Of a stretch of 64,000 nt of DNA, positions 1 to 13,764 are shown piece after piece. Position 1 is the stretch's first letter. The number at the start of each line of letters is the position of its first letter. The stretch comes from Lama guanicoe (lineage: Eukaryota). The position numbers were made by a program, and so were the translations under genes. The notes under the pieces are model-generated. The model was not told the origin of the DNA. It ran no database searches and saw nothing but the letters and a program-made list of their open reading frames with translations. The stretch covers positions 1,753,236 through 1,817,235 of the forward strand of contig MU053472.1 of NCBI GenBank assembly GCA_013239625.1. Direction: 5' to 3'.

Positions 1-1563
1 CTTAAAGGGGGCATATAGAGTGTAGCAGCGTCATTAGAGCGGCTGGAATATATGGTTAGAGAATGCAGCTTTCCTTTCCAGTTTGACACATATAGCCCTT
101 ACTCTGTTCAGTACATTTAATATTTGTATGATGCTGATGTCTGTTAAGTGATAGTGCCTGAATTCTCATAGGACAGAAACAACTGGAGAATAGGACCTTC
201 AGAGTATGTTTATAGGACTTTTGTCTCAGACTCCAACTATTTCTTTAACTCTGGATGGTGAAATTTAATCATTATTAATGCCTTTCATCGCTTAAGTCAG
301 CTTGTGTAGGATTTCAGCATGTTTGAATCAAATCTAGTTTTATTTTTTACTTATATTTTAAAAATCTTCAGATTTGCCTTATTTTTAAGTAGTTAGGCCA
401 AACCTTTTGTGGTACTGCGTGGCCTTTAAAAAAAGGAGTCAGGATTTAAAGACTTATGTAGCTTTAATAGGATATGATATAAAAGACAATTCTTTCTATT
501 ACCTAAGAATCTGTAGAAGAAACCCTTTGAGAACCAATGGTCAAGTCATTTCATGCTGGACTTGAAATAAGTCTGTAATGGGTTTTTCTGGATTTTTTGT
601 CTCTTGGCCAGTCCTGATGCTTTTCCATCAGAATTAAGCTTAAAAAGGACAGTCATGACATAGTGCATAGGTTTCATATGGCAGATTGTTAAATCTGCTG
701 CAACTTAATAGTGTTTGGAAAACTGCAGACATCCTTAATACCTGAACATGATCATCTGAGTTGCGTATGTTAATACAGACAGTTTTAATTCAGCATGTCC
801 TCTCCCTCACACACTCCCCTCCCCCTCCTACCCACCCCCGTGTAAAACTCCAGCTGCGGGATTTTGGAGGGGAGGGGAGATTCATAGGTGAAGACAGCTG
901 GATCGTGGACTTGTCCTTTGTGACTTTATATTTTCATTCTTTTGCTACCGAGGAAAGATGAAGCGGGCACATTTCAAAGGAACAGCTGACACTACCCATA
1001 TGAAGTCAGTAATTACGTCAGTCACTAACTCTTTGGAGTTTGTGGCTCTTCTTCGGCATGTCTGTGGCAGAGGTCCAGTTTGTGGGAGTGGGTAAGAAGT
1101 GGGTGAGTGTAGGTTGGGACCATGCCCAGTGTACGTACTAAAATGGATTCTCACCCTGTTCCCCCACCTTCTGTTTTCTCCTGGAGCCAGGTTAGCTTGG
1201 AGACCTCTTATTTGACCGAAGGTAGCTTTTACCTCACCCACCAGGTTATGCCGTGAACCGTGAGAACTGTAGGGTCTTTGAACTTGACAATGCTGCTGGT
1301 AGCTCAGGCCTGTTTACTCGTGTCTGGAGAGCTAACAGTGCATTTTGGGATGGTGGTGGGGCTGTCGGAATCTTGTTGGTAACATGCTGCTGCAACCTGG
1401 AAAGGAGAACCTAGGAGATTAAAAGGAACCCAAAACTTGTGTTTAATTTGCTTGGTTAATATGTTTCATTTTTATGCATAAGGGAACCTAAACTTGGAAA
1501 GAGGCATTTACTGGCTCTAAAGGTGGGAACATCAGCTGTCTTTTGAAATGTAGAAACTTCAAG

Positions 1564-1601
1564 GTTTTGTTTCATTTTGTTTGTTTTGTTTCATTTTGTT
1601 T
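1564..1601. repeat. 19-bp tandem duplication (gttttgtttcattttgttt x2)
   Basis: Direct reading of the sequence. Confidence 0.85.
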
Positions 1602-2134
1602 GTTTTTGTTGGGTCAATAGAGAAGCCTTTTAAGTCATCAAAGACAAAGATAAAACTTCCAAATTCTTTGCAGTGAATCAGCTGTATCCTGATACTTGGG
1701 ATGAATGCGGAGGCTCAGCTTCCATACAATATACATTAACTTTTATCTCCTGCCCAGAACTCCCAGGGCACAGTGCCTCTGTCAGAGCCATTTGAAGTAT
1801 TTGGTGAATTCAGGTGTCTGCCCAAGGAAGAAAATGACAGGAAGTTGGGTAGTGGGTGCCAACAATAACCGCTTCATTCTTGAGGCATTTATGGGCATGT
1901 GGAAATGTATCAAACTTTCCATACATTTTCATTGATCATTTCTTCATGGCATCACTGTGCTATTGAGAGGTTGCAGTCTTCACATGATTTCAGTTATTCA
2001 AATCAGTGTCAAAGTACAGGGAGAACTCCAGTAATATTTTGTTTCTGATGTGATTAGTGTAAACAGAGAAGGCGATTGTGACTAACTTCTTTTTTTATTA
2101 ATGGAATAGAATACAATAAAATGTAATTTTGCTA

Positions 2135-2215
2135 CTGGTTCTGCAGACAAGCAGCTGTAGCATTCTATAGGGGCTTGTTAGAAATACAGAATCTAAGGCC
2201 CCACCCTGACCTACC
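2135..2215. mobile_element. MER5-family (hAT-Charlie) fragment
   Basis: cttgttagaaatacagaatctaaggccccaccctgacctac resembles the MER5A/B core. Confidence 0.6.
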
Positions 2216-2371
2216 CTGTTATATGCATTAATCTTCACTGTAACTAAATCTCAACATTTTATAAACATTGAAATAGAAAATGGTAAGGTTGATTATAGAC
2301 AAAAAAGATGTTCATTAAATTTTTGTTTCAGTTTGTGTGCTTGTGTACATACCAACTTACGTCTTAAAATA

Positions 2372-2674
2372 CAGATGTCCCTTGGTATCTGGGGGAGGTT
2401 GGTTTCGGAACACCCTCTCCCCTCAATCTGTGGGTCTTCAAATCCCTTGTACAAAACGGCCTAGTATTTGCACATCTAACCTGTGCACATGCACCCATAC
2501 ACTTGGAATCTTCTCCACATTGTAAATAGTAAATTGTCATATAAATAGCTGTTGGTGAGCAGCAAATTCAAGTTATGCTTTTTAAAACTTTCTGGAATTT
2601 TTTTCCCCCAAAATGTTGGTCTGTGAGTGGTTAAATCCACAGATGTGGAACCTGCAGATAAAGATGGTCAGCTG
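2372..2674. mobile_element. MER2/MER2B-like (TcMar-Tigger) non-autonomous DNA transposon
   Basis: Flanked by TA on both sides. Imperfect terminal inverted repeats cagatgtcccttggtatctg / cagataaagatggtcagctg. Internal sequence is MER2-like. Confidence 0.8.
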
Positions 2675-3979
2675 TATATTTCTGTGGGTCATAGTCAAGA
2701 AAATAATTGAAATCCGTTGTCCTAAATGTGGATGATGACGTATGTCTGGTTGTGATCTTATCGTTAAGTGTGGGAGAGGTTTCCTTGCCTTGTATTGAGA
2801 CGTTCTCTAAAGTTTCTTTTCTTTTTTTCTTTTCCAATATCTTTGTCTTCCAACTCATTCTTCCTTCTAATTCGTTTCTTACTTTTCTGTTCCCTTCTTT
2901 GTATCTTCTGTGTATTAGTCCTCAGAATTGTCCTCAGTGTTGTGAATACATTTCCCTCAAGTTTTAGTTTGTGGCCAAATATTTTCAGTTTACTGGGAGA
3001 TCGATGCTAATTATCAGGATTTTTTTTTTTTTAATGTTCTTAACACCAGACTTGAAGAAGAAAATGTCCAGGTTATGCAGTGCACTTTCCTTCTCCATTT
3101 GTTAACATCTTCTTTCCAAGTGTCAGATGCTACAACAGTATTAGGTTTTGGATATAATTAAATCACTCAGTCATCTCTGTGCAAATATGCATAGCATGTC
3201 TTAAATGCTGTGAACAGAATATTGAGAAGAAAAATGTGTAACACTGAAGTCTGCTTTGTATCCCCAGCTGTATTTAAAAGAAGCAATTATGGCTTTAGTC
3301 CTGTATTCCAGCCTAACCCAGTATAGGCCAGGTAGTGGAAGTTAACCACCTGTATCACTATTAAGAGAAATGCTAATTTCCTGGAACGTGACCCTTCATG
3401 GAAATATATCATACTACATACTTATATTTAGTGTTAGGTCCTTTGACCAGCAATATGCAGTTCAACTCACTGTAAAGAAGCAATTTAGAAAATATGTACT
3501 TTCTGTGGTTCTGAGACTACAACTGGTGAACAGCAAAAGATGCTTATTGAAGTTTTTACTGAGTCCTCTTTCACAAGTTTTTAACATTTTGTGTCACACA
3601 ACCACGCATCTGTTGCTACTGGTCTCACTCTTTTCCATCTAATTATTCCATTAAACTTCAACTTTGTTGTAAGGGGCCTCTGATGTGAAATTTACTTTAT
3701 TTTTACCTTAGGGACCCTACAGGGGTGCTCCAGAAAAGGGGGCGAAATAGAACATTTTGAAATCTCCAACCCTGTGAAAATTAAGGGACTTGTTACTGCA
3801 CGTCATTCTGTTTCTTGGTTTCATCAGACTCGTTAGTATCTGCGACAGAATTGCAAACGATTAGTAATTCTTTCAGTTATTTTATTCATACTCTATAACA
3901 GTATGATTTACATGTATTTGTTAATGTTCAATGAGTTTTCCTCTAATTTTTTGTGCATTTTCCCCCCTTTTCCATGAAG

Positions 3980-4024
3980 GCCTTATCTGTTTGGAGCGGG
4001 GTGTTTTTCCATAAAAGCTCCATG
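3980..4024 (+). CDS. BCAS3: BCAS3 internal coding exon, 45 nt, frame-preserving cassette exon
   Basis: ccccccttttccatgaAG|g ... ccatg|GTgagt. Encodes (G)PYLFGAGCFSIKAP(C), which matches BCAS3 as I recall it. Phase 2/2, joins the next exon in frame. Confidence 0.93.
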
Positions 4025-4749
4025 GTGAGTCCCGGTTCAGTCCCGCATGCCTAATTCATTTGCTGTTCTCTCAGAACGTAACTCTGTTGTGTCCTGTGTC
4101 TCCAGTTGCATGGCCTGATCACAGGTAGATGCCCCTAATCACGGAAGAATTTGTGGTTGGGTCATGAGTGTTGGTGGTTAAGCCTTAAAAGATCGGTTTT
4201 CTGGGCTTCACTTCATTTCCTGAAAAGTCACATAAGAAATCATAGATTAATACTTAAAAAAAAGAAATTAGAAGAATTCTCTCCTAATGTTAGTATATAT
4301 TGTAAGACAAGGCTAACCCCCAGGTTTAAAGCTTTGAGTATTATAGTGATAGAGACTCCCTACTTGTCATGCTGAACATGTGCAGGCATGATTCATTTTG
4401 AAATATAAATATATATAAGGTATACTAAAACTCCCCTATAAATTTTTATTGTGTTTTATTTGGGACCAAAGGAACAAGAGTCAGTTCTGTTTTGAGTAGT
4501 TTAGGTATTTAAGGAGCTACCTGAGGAAATTTGTGTTTCACATAAAAGCTCCTAAATAATCTATAATTTTGAGTTATTAGCATCTACGTGCTGTAACTTA
4601 TTTAATAAATTATTGTATGAGTGCTAAAACTGCAACTTTGTCAGTCTTAGATACGATGATCATAGAAAAGAAGCAGAGTATATTTATTACTTTTGTGTAA
4701 AGATGGGAAGTAGAATGTATTTAGAACCTGGTATAATGTGTTTAATATA

Positions 4750-5000
4750 GTAGGTAAGGGTCAGGGCTCCAGAGTCAGACTGTCCAGGTCTTAATTCCCA
4801 GCTCACATACTCTCTAGATGACCTTGGGCAATTTTCTAAAACCTTTCTGTTTCTTGGTTTCCTTATCTCTATTAAATAGAGTTACCAGTAGCACCTACCT
4901 CATAGGTTGGTTGTGAGGGTTAAATGAACTGAAAGTATAAATTGCTGAGAACAGTGCCTGGTACATAGTAAGTGCTCAGTAAATGCTAGCTGCTACTAAC
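4750..5000 (+). mobile_element. MIR SINE
   Basis: gaccttgggcaa ... cctacctcatagg ttgtgagggttaaatga ... acagtgcctggtacatagtaagtgctcagtaaatg. Confidence 0.88.
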
Positions 5001-8000
5001 ATTGAAGGTTTAAGGGGAAAATAAACCATTTTTGAAAGAAACTTATTTAAATTAGATCCTGATTTTTTGCTTTTAAGAGTGAGTGAGCCAAAAGGAAGTT
5101 TTGGTTAATGTTAATTAAGTTACATCGATTTTATAAATATGGTTACAGTACTTTAAAAAGTACTGAATATGTGTGCAGTTCTCATAACTGCTGAGGAACT
5201 TACTCATACTGTCCCATTATACTAGGAAAAAACCTTCAATCTTTTTTCTCTTGGACAAAAAAAACCTTAAATAGTTCTTTAAGGTACAGTATAATTTGAC
5301 ATAAACTAATTTCAGTTTTCATTTGCCAGAGGAACATCTGAAAATTTCATTGTCATGTTAGAATAGGGTGGGAAATCATCATAAAAATTTCCTCTTTAAA
5401 ATGCATCATCGAAATTAGAACACAGATTATGAAACTGTTCTAAAGAAAGTCAGGGTATAAACGAGTAAAGGTTTCCTGAAAGTTAATCTTTATTCTTTTC
5501 GTTAACAAAATTTCTTCCCAAAATACATAAGATATATGGATCTTACTCAGGAGATTATAGTGAACCATTGATTTTTTAAATGCCAGATTCAACATATGAC
5601 AGCATTTCTTTGTAGACTCAATTTAGAATTAAATTCCATCTTAGGACAAATTTCTCATTCTCAGTACAAGGAAAAGAGTTTTAGTATGTTAATAAAGATA
5701 GAAGTTTTAGCATTGAAGTGGAGATGGAATAACAAATGTTGTATGTGAAATAAGAAAAGTCCATGCCTTCAACAGCTCATGTGCCCCTCAAATTTAAGCA
5801 AAAGCACTTGTCAACCAGAAATGATTTGAGGTTGAAACAAGATTAAAAGAGCCAGATTAAAGAAAGGGATATATGAAATACAGTAGACTTTTAAATCATT
5901 GCCTGTCTTTTAGAAGACCGCTATGTGGTTTGTTTGATGCCATCGTTAGCTCCCAAGAAACTCGTTTTTAGTCACTTACACTAGCTTAAAAGATCCTCCT
6001 TTAAAATACGTTCCTTTACTGTTGGTGCATGTTTTTCCCATTAAGATCTTAATGAAACCTCAAATTAAGGCAGCAAAATGAATATAAATTTGACAATTTC
6101 TTCTCTGTTGTTTATAAGAGCTTCTTTGTTTTAAGAGTTTTTTAAAATCATTTTTCTATGATATTTAGCATTCAACCTGAGAATGTTTTTATTTACTGCT
6201 TTGAGACATTATGCTAAATACATGTATTTATTTCATTAAGTTTATAGAACTTCCAGTGTAGGGTAATGTTTGTATTTTGGAAGAATATGAAAATTTTATA
6301 GTTCCTCTTAAAATGTTATATAAATTTCACACAGATTTTTTTTTATTGCTTTGAAGTTGAAATGTTTATGTTTAGCTAAGATTTTCCTTTTGCTAGATCA
6401 CAATTTCTGCCAATTCTTCATTCTTTGATAAACTGGTTTAGTTGTTTAAATTCATGCAGTTTCAGTTGAGTCTTTTGTTCGACAACCAAATAAGCTTGTT
6501 GGAAGGTTAACTATGCAAGCCGTCTTCAACCCTTTAGTCATTTTATACATTCTGGAGATTATGTATCCAGGATTTTTGAATTTGAATGACAGTATAAAAT
6601 AATATAAAAGAATCACATATGTGATATACTTTCTAATACAGAAATTTTAAGAGATAGAACCATTGTGAAATTTTACAAATGAATTTTGCTTTCAGTATTA
6701 TAAATAAGTAACAAGTATTTATTGAGTTCCTAATCTGCATCTAATATTGTATTTAAATTACTGCTGTTTTTGACCTGCTTAGCAAAAGAAAACGCATGTG
6801 CACAACATTGTGGACAAAAGGTGGTCCTTTTGAATATATCCCTTACTTATAACCTGTCTGTACAGTATTATATAAGGTTATTTTTAAAGAAGAGTTAAAA
6901 CTTACATATTGAATTATATTTGAAGTTTTAATTAGCTCTGAGAGTGTTCAGTCTATGTATAAATAGTTCATTGCTCTTCTGAGAATATTAAAAGATATTA
7001 TAATTTCATTTTTTGAAGGAAAGATTTATATGGAGAGGAGAATCTTTTCTTATCTGCAAGGTTAATTTGTGATAGAATAATTTTAGATATATTATTAGTG
7101 TCTTTATTTAAAACAAAATACTTTCAGTTTCCCTCTTAGTTCTTCCTTTAGCAAATAAAGTTGAGAGTGAGAGGAAACTTCTAAATTCCTTTCGAAAGCC
7201 TAATGACAGTGAGGAACGTAGAGAAAATTTTTTTTCTTTAACACAAAGACATAATACCACTTATAATTCTTACATCAATATTGTGTCTAACATTCAAGCT
7301 ACAATATTGACTGTACCCTTATGGTTTAGAGAAGGAAAAAAACGGTGCTTCTATCTCAATTTAGCTCTTTCCATGTTTCTGTCCTTCTGAACGAGGCACC
7401 AGACCTCACTGTTACTTTTCGTGCCATCCATGGATACACCACTTACATCCCATTTTATAGGTTGTGGTAAAATTATCTAGATGGACATAACTTTTCTATA
7501 ATTTTAAAGCCAGTATCGTAAGAGTTTTGCTTTCCCACCCCACCTCCCACCCCCTCACAGTAGAGTGTGGAGGAAAAAAAAAACAGGCAAGAGAAATTCA
7601 GTATGTTTATCTGACTGAATTACATAATACAGAAAAAGCCAATGGGTATCTTCAATACTCTTTGTAAATACTTTTAAAGATATCATAGTGTTAATGTCCC
7701 CAGAATGTCTGGTGGCACTGAAAATGATTCTCCTTTTATGATTAGATGGTTAAGTCTCCCAGAAGAAATGACAAAAATGTTAAAACCTCTGAGTTTTAAT
7801 TTAGCACCTTACTTGTTTGTTTTGTTTTATTTTCTTTTTACATTTATTTTACTTTTGATTATATTGTCTCAGATCAAATTTAGTAAATGTGATGTATTTA
7901 TCATTATTTTGACTGATACGGTGAAAATTGAACTCATTCCATTGTCCTTTATGTTGTGTTCACAAATTAAGGCAAATTTTTCTTTTAAGTTTTGAACACA

Positions 8001-10118
8001 GGGTTGTTTATGATGGGCTCAGAGAAGTAAGAAGCAGTTCTCCGGGGAGGAGTCTCCCAGCGCTACCAGCATGTTTTGTTCTGGTTTATAACTATCATCA
8101 ACACAGTCATTTCTGGACACCCATATACACTGAAATTTTATTTTTTTTTATATCAATTACTAATTTAATAATAAGTGAATAAATAAATAAGAGAAGGCTT
8201 CCAAACACCCAGAGCTATTCTTTTTAAACTTCTAATGCAATTCATTAAGTCTCTTTCAGAGAATTCGGGAAGATACTGAGAGGAAAAAAGACAAAAGGCT
8301 GGTATTGGAATGCTTTCCTAAGAAGATGGTTGGGTCACCAATCTATAAGTGAACATGATTGACAAGGCTAACACTTTTCTTGTTATTCCTCTCATATATG
8401 TATCATTTTTTTTTCCTATTTTATCTTTCTGCCACAAAAGTTTAACTTGCCATAGAAATACTCTGGGTCATTGTGAAAAAGTTCAGTTCTTTTTTCCACC
8501 TAGCATTCCTAGTCTTGGTCTTTTTAAAATTTAGGATAGAGGGCAAATTGAATCAAAGTTAAATTTTCTCCCTTTGGGTATTTCACATAGAAAATACTTT
8601 ATTAATAATAATCATTTCTTTAGGTTATTTTTCCCTTTTTATTTTTCTGAAAGTCTTGCACACACATGCACATATTTTCAGTTTCTATTTTGCTTAAATA
8701 CCGGAGTCATTCCAAATGTAGATTGATGACATAAATAACTTGTTAAGAATATGTTCGCCTAATATGCTGAATACCCAATACATAGCACTGTCGTGCAGGA
8801 GGCAGTAAGTTAGTTTCAGGGATACAAACTTTTAATTACTTATTAAACACAGACTTTTTATTCATGTGATTTATGAAGGCCTTGTCAGAAGAAAAGAAAT
8901 AACGAAGAATTAAAATGATCATTTTTGCATAATTGTAGAATACTGTTAGCATGAGATACTTATTCTTTGCAGGAAATAATGAGTTTATGTATAATAATAC
9001 TGTGTTGATGTTTTTTACTTGTATGTTCAGAAGCTTAGTTATGTGTAACATCACAGAAGTGTAAGAGACTTTAGCTTTTGACATAGACTGATTAGACTGT
9101 AAATTAATAGACATAAAAAATACGTGTTTGCTTGGCCAAAGACTAACTGGATTGTTACGTTACAAAGGTAGCTAACCAGCCCAGTGGCAATTATTTTTAA
9201 GTCTTGTTTAGATGCACCATAGTCTCTCTTAAGAAGTGAGATTTTCACTTTTCTATTTTGTTGCTTACTGGTTTAAAAAAGAAAAATAGCATTACGTAAT
9301 TTGCAAAGAGCTTTGAATTTGTCCCTAGGAAGCTTATTTGTACACTGTGTAGTATTATTGTTCCTTGATGGCGATTTTAGTGAAAACCTAGTCACACAGT
9401 TGAAACACCATTCAAAAAAATTCTAGAGTGTTTTTTCTCTCTTCTTAGAAGATGCTAATTACAGGAGCTTAGAGCTCCCCGATAGTAGTTCAGCGATGGA
9501 AGTCGAGACTTTGAAGGAAAATTTATGTCCTAACTTAGCACAGCAGAGAGCAGCAGCACCAGAAAGAAAATTGTGATGCTGGTTTCCCAGAAATCGAGGG
9601 AGGGTGTGTGTCTGTCCAGAAGTAGATGGAGGGGAGTCTTCTTTTCTGTTAGTTTCGCAGTTTTTGTAAAGGTTTTTGCAGCTGTAGCAAATGCAACAAG
9701 GAAGATGTGAAACTGTGGAAGCAGATTCACTTTCTCACAGAAACTTAAAAAGAAAAAACAGTGGAAATCTGACTGTAAGAGGTGTTGGCATTTTAGGTAG
9801 GGATGTGATCTTCATGATGAATGACTCAGAGTGTTTAAGGACAGGAAGAAGAGGCCTTTGCATGTACTGCAGTGTGCACTGCTGTGGATTTGGTCAGAGG
9901 CCTCTGACCCAGACTTTCTGCTAGCGGGAAAGCATCAGAACAGAAGGCTCAGGAAATAAAATATGTGAGAGACTATTTCAAGTGTCATGACACCTGAAGT
10001 CTGATCTTTTTGAAAATTAGTTGAAGGCTGTTGTGCTATCTAGTAGGTAGTTGAGGTTGAGTGCTGTGATCCAGGAAGGCCCTGCCCTGAGTCCTTTATG
10101 TACTTTACCTGATACAGC

Positions 10119-10297
10119 AGGTTGGTTCTTAAACCTGAGGGTGTGCCAGAATCTCGCTGGGGGCTTTAGTTAAAAACCGCAGATTGTCGTGCCCCACCTC
10201 CAGAGTGTCAGATGCAGTAGGTCTGGGCGTGGCCTGATGAAGACCTGCATGTGTAAGTTCTCAGTACAATGCCAGGGACCACAGTTTCAGAACAAAT
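10119..10297. mobile_element. MER5A DNA transposon
   Basis: ggttcttaaacct ... cagattgtcgtgccccacctccagag ... agtaggtctggg ... gggaccacagtttcagaac. Confidence 0.8.
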
Positions 10298-11403
10298 ATA
10301 AGACAGTAATCCTTAAAACCAGCTCTGAGCAGTTAAATAACTTAAAATCCACACAGCTGAAAAGGGACAGCACTGGGATTCGGGTTTGTGTTTCTGCCTG
10401 ACTCCAAAAAACCAGTCTTTCTCCATCTAACCCTACTTCATTAAAAGAGAAAGAGATAAAGGATAGTAAGCAGAAGAAGGTAGGAGTAATGTTATTTGAC
10501 ATTGGAGACTGGTTAGCAGATTAGGAACATCAGAGCCCTGTTATTCTTGGGCCCCGACTGGGCTCTGATCTTGACCAGGGTACAGTGAGGCTGTTTCCTG
10601 GTCTATGAATCAGAGAAAATAATGCCACCATTTACCTAAGGTGCTTGGCCAAATTCCAAGCGAACTTTGGGGTAGCCTTTGGCAAATCAAGAGCGAAGAG
10701 AAATACAGGATTTGAAAGAAGGTGAAAGGTTGATACCAGAAGGTGATGGTATTAGAAGGTGAAAGCTGATTTGGGGAAAACAGAGAAAATATCCTTTCTC
10801 ATGGTAGTTATGTGATGTAGCAGAAGCTATCTAATGTGTCCTCAAACATGAGAAACAAAATGGAAGCAAACCTGTCATTTTCACAAGTCCATGAAGAAAG
10901 AATAAATAATAAATAGGAAGATGAGTGACTAATTGTGTTAGATCTTAGATCAGCTCCCCAGACGTTGTCCAACCACATGTAGCCATGTGGCTGAGAGCAT
11001 TTTCAGGGTCTCATTCTGTACCATCTCGTGCTTCCGTACATGCTGTCTTCATTCAACTGTATTGTCAATCCCACATTTTAGATATTAAAAACGATTTTAT
11101 TACTATGGGATGTTTGTGCTGGTTCTGTTGTTCCACTCTGAAATATCCAGGGAAGTGTTGTCCATCTGAAATGAGTTGACTTGGATTTTGCCAGCACATT
11201 CTTCAAAAATAAATTAATGTTTATTGGTCTTAGAAGTTGCTGTTCTGATAATACTCTTGAACCTCGCACTAGTCTTGCTTTTACTGCGGAACAGTCTCCC
11301 ACCATCAGTGATACTTAAGGCAAAATGCATGTCTACATGGGAGGGTTTGAATATTTAGGGGTGGAATTTTACGGGAAATATGTTACTATCTTGAGGACTG
11401 TGA

Positions 11404-11589
<186 letters not shown>

Positions 11590-11894
11590 TGAAGCTTAAA
11601 CTTGCCATTTGTAATTTTTGTTTCTTAAGGAAAATTCATAGCAATTCTCTTTGAATAATCTTGAACCCAATATTCTAGAAATTTTTCCCCACTCAATTAG
11701 CATGTCTCTCCTCAGCTACTCAACTCTGAAGGGCTATCCTCTTACTATAAATGTGAGATAAATTGCCCACTGTTTTTATTTTGCTTTGCTGGTGACTGTA
11801 TATACAGGTGTTCTCAGTGCTATCAATTCCATGCTATTCTATGCAGCTTTTACATTTTTCTCAAGCTAATTTCATGCCATTGTCCCTGGAGTGT

Positions 11895-12030
11895 GGAGAG
11901 GAAAAATGTTATCCCCATTTTAGAGATGAAGAACTTGAGATCAGTGAGTTTAAATATTTTAGTTAAAAGAAATATTAGTGGGTGATAGTATCAGAGTTTG
12001 AACCCAGGTTTTCTAATGCTAAATCTCTAC
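11895..12030 (-). mobile_element. MIR SINE fragment
   Basis: ttatccccattttagagatgaagaacttgag ... tttgaacccagg, the MIR core in reverse orientation. Confidence 0.75.
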
Positions 12031-13513
12031 CTAAGAAATTATCAACTACACCTCTGCCTTATTTATAAATTAAAAGATAAAAAAACAGACTCCCGCTCAG
12101 AAAGAAGAGTCATCTTTTATGGCTCCCAGCCTCCCTTTGAGTTTATATAGTAATTTTTTGTAATCCCTGCTTTGACCACCAGGATCAATACCTAACATGT
12201 TTGTATAATTACTGTTGTAGTCTGCGATTCCTTATTGTTTCTGTATAGCAAAGAATGCCTACGTTCGTGGACCAAGTGCTTAATTTTGAATGTTGAAAAT
12301 TTCCCCTCATTGTAGTGCTATTAAAGTAGGTCACAAACCGAGTTGGTAAGTGAGGTACTTTTCCGACGAGTTCCACGGGCCGCATTGTTCTCGGCAAAAT
12401 GGCTTTCCTTTGCGCTTAATACCGGCGGTCAGACATCAGCCCTGTCCCCTGTTACCGCCTTTCAGTGACCTTTTCCTTGGAAATGGGATCTCGGGCACAG
12501 CAGGCTCTTTACCTAAGTGGGAGAGGATACAGTAATGTATGCAAGCCTTCCATTTTCTTATCCCATCTTTATTTTTTTGTTACCTTCTTAGCTTTAATGA
12601 TGCTGTTGAACTGACTTTTTGTTACTGGGTAAAGCCCTCTGTGAAGCTCGATTTCAAATGCTTCTCCCTTCTGTTCTAATTACCCTTTTAACTTGCTACT
12701 CCTTTATGTCCCACTGACTGGTCAGTAGCCATTTTCTCAAATCAGCTGTAATTGATTCCTCTGGCCTAGAGATAAGGTGACCCACCCAGCATTCAGGAGT
12801 GATTTTATACGCTCCTAGGTTTACTGTAAAACCCGAGATAGAGGACCGAGCCTGTTTTGGTGGTGAGGACATGTGTACTCCTTATAAAGTCATTTGATTA
12901 GATCCATATTCAGCACCTGGCCTCCAAGTATGACTGGTCTTCATTTTGCATGTGGGCCCGTGAGCCCGCTGGGAGAAAAGGAGGAAGAGGATTTGGGAAG
13001 GAGGGCGTATGTGTTTTTCATTTATTTGTTTGTTTTAATCCAGAAATGTTAAGGAGAAGTTTTCTCAGAGAAAGTAGATGAGAAGTTAGGCTGATTTAGG
13101 CAGACAAAGAGCCTCTCATGCAGTGGAGTTGGTTTAGTCCATCTGGTGTAACTAAATCTTAGTCCACACAGCGTTCCCTTTCAGCCCGTCCTTTCTGTCC
13201 CACCTGGTATCACTCATTTTTCGTAATCTGGGCCAGGTTATTCCATTGCAGGGAAATACTGTAGACTGTAAAATTTGCTTCAGCATATTAGAATTTTGAG
13301 AGAGAGAGTGTGTGTGTGTATATATTATATACATAATTCTTGAAATTTATTGCTTAAGATTTAAAAATATTTTGATAGCATAGAGATTTTCACATTCTTT
13401 AGCCTCTACTTATAAAGAGACAAGCTTTAGGCAAGGAACAGGCACCATATGAAAAAGTTCTTGCCTTCTTTTTTTCTCTCAGCAGCCTCAGGACCAGACT
13501 GAAGGGTCAGTAA

Positions 13514-13750
<237 letters not shown>

Positions 13751-13764
13751 TAGGATCTCCTTTT

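Noticed and set aside
9449..9577. Strong acceptor followed by a protein-like frame (EDANYRSLELPDSS...)
   Set aside because: It is in the wrong phase for this intron, the BCAS3 frame hits TAA at once, and no good donor follows.
9977..9998. Palindrome around GTCATGAC (also at about 652 and 38505)
   Set aside because: A few short palindromes are expected in 64 kb, and the sites share no flanking context.
10717..10762. Three copies of agaaggtga (T-box-like)
   Set aside because: Spacing is irregular and the match to AGGTGTGA is incomplete. A local microduplication is more likely. It is not CRISPR-like.
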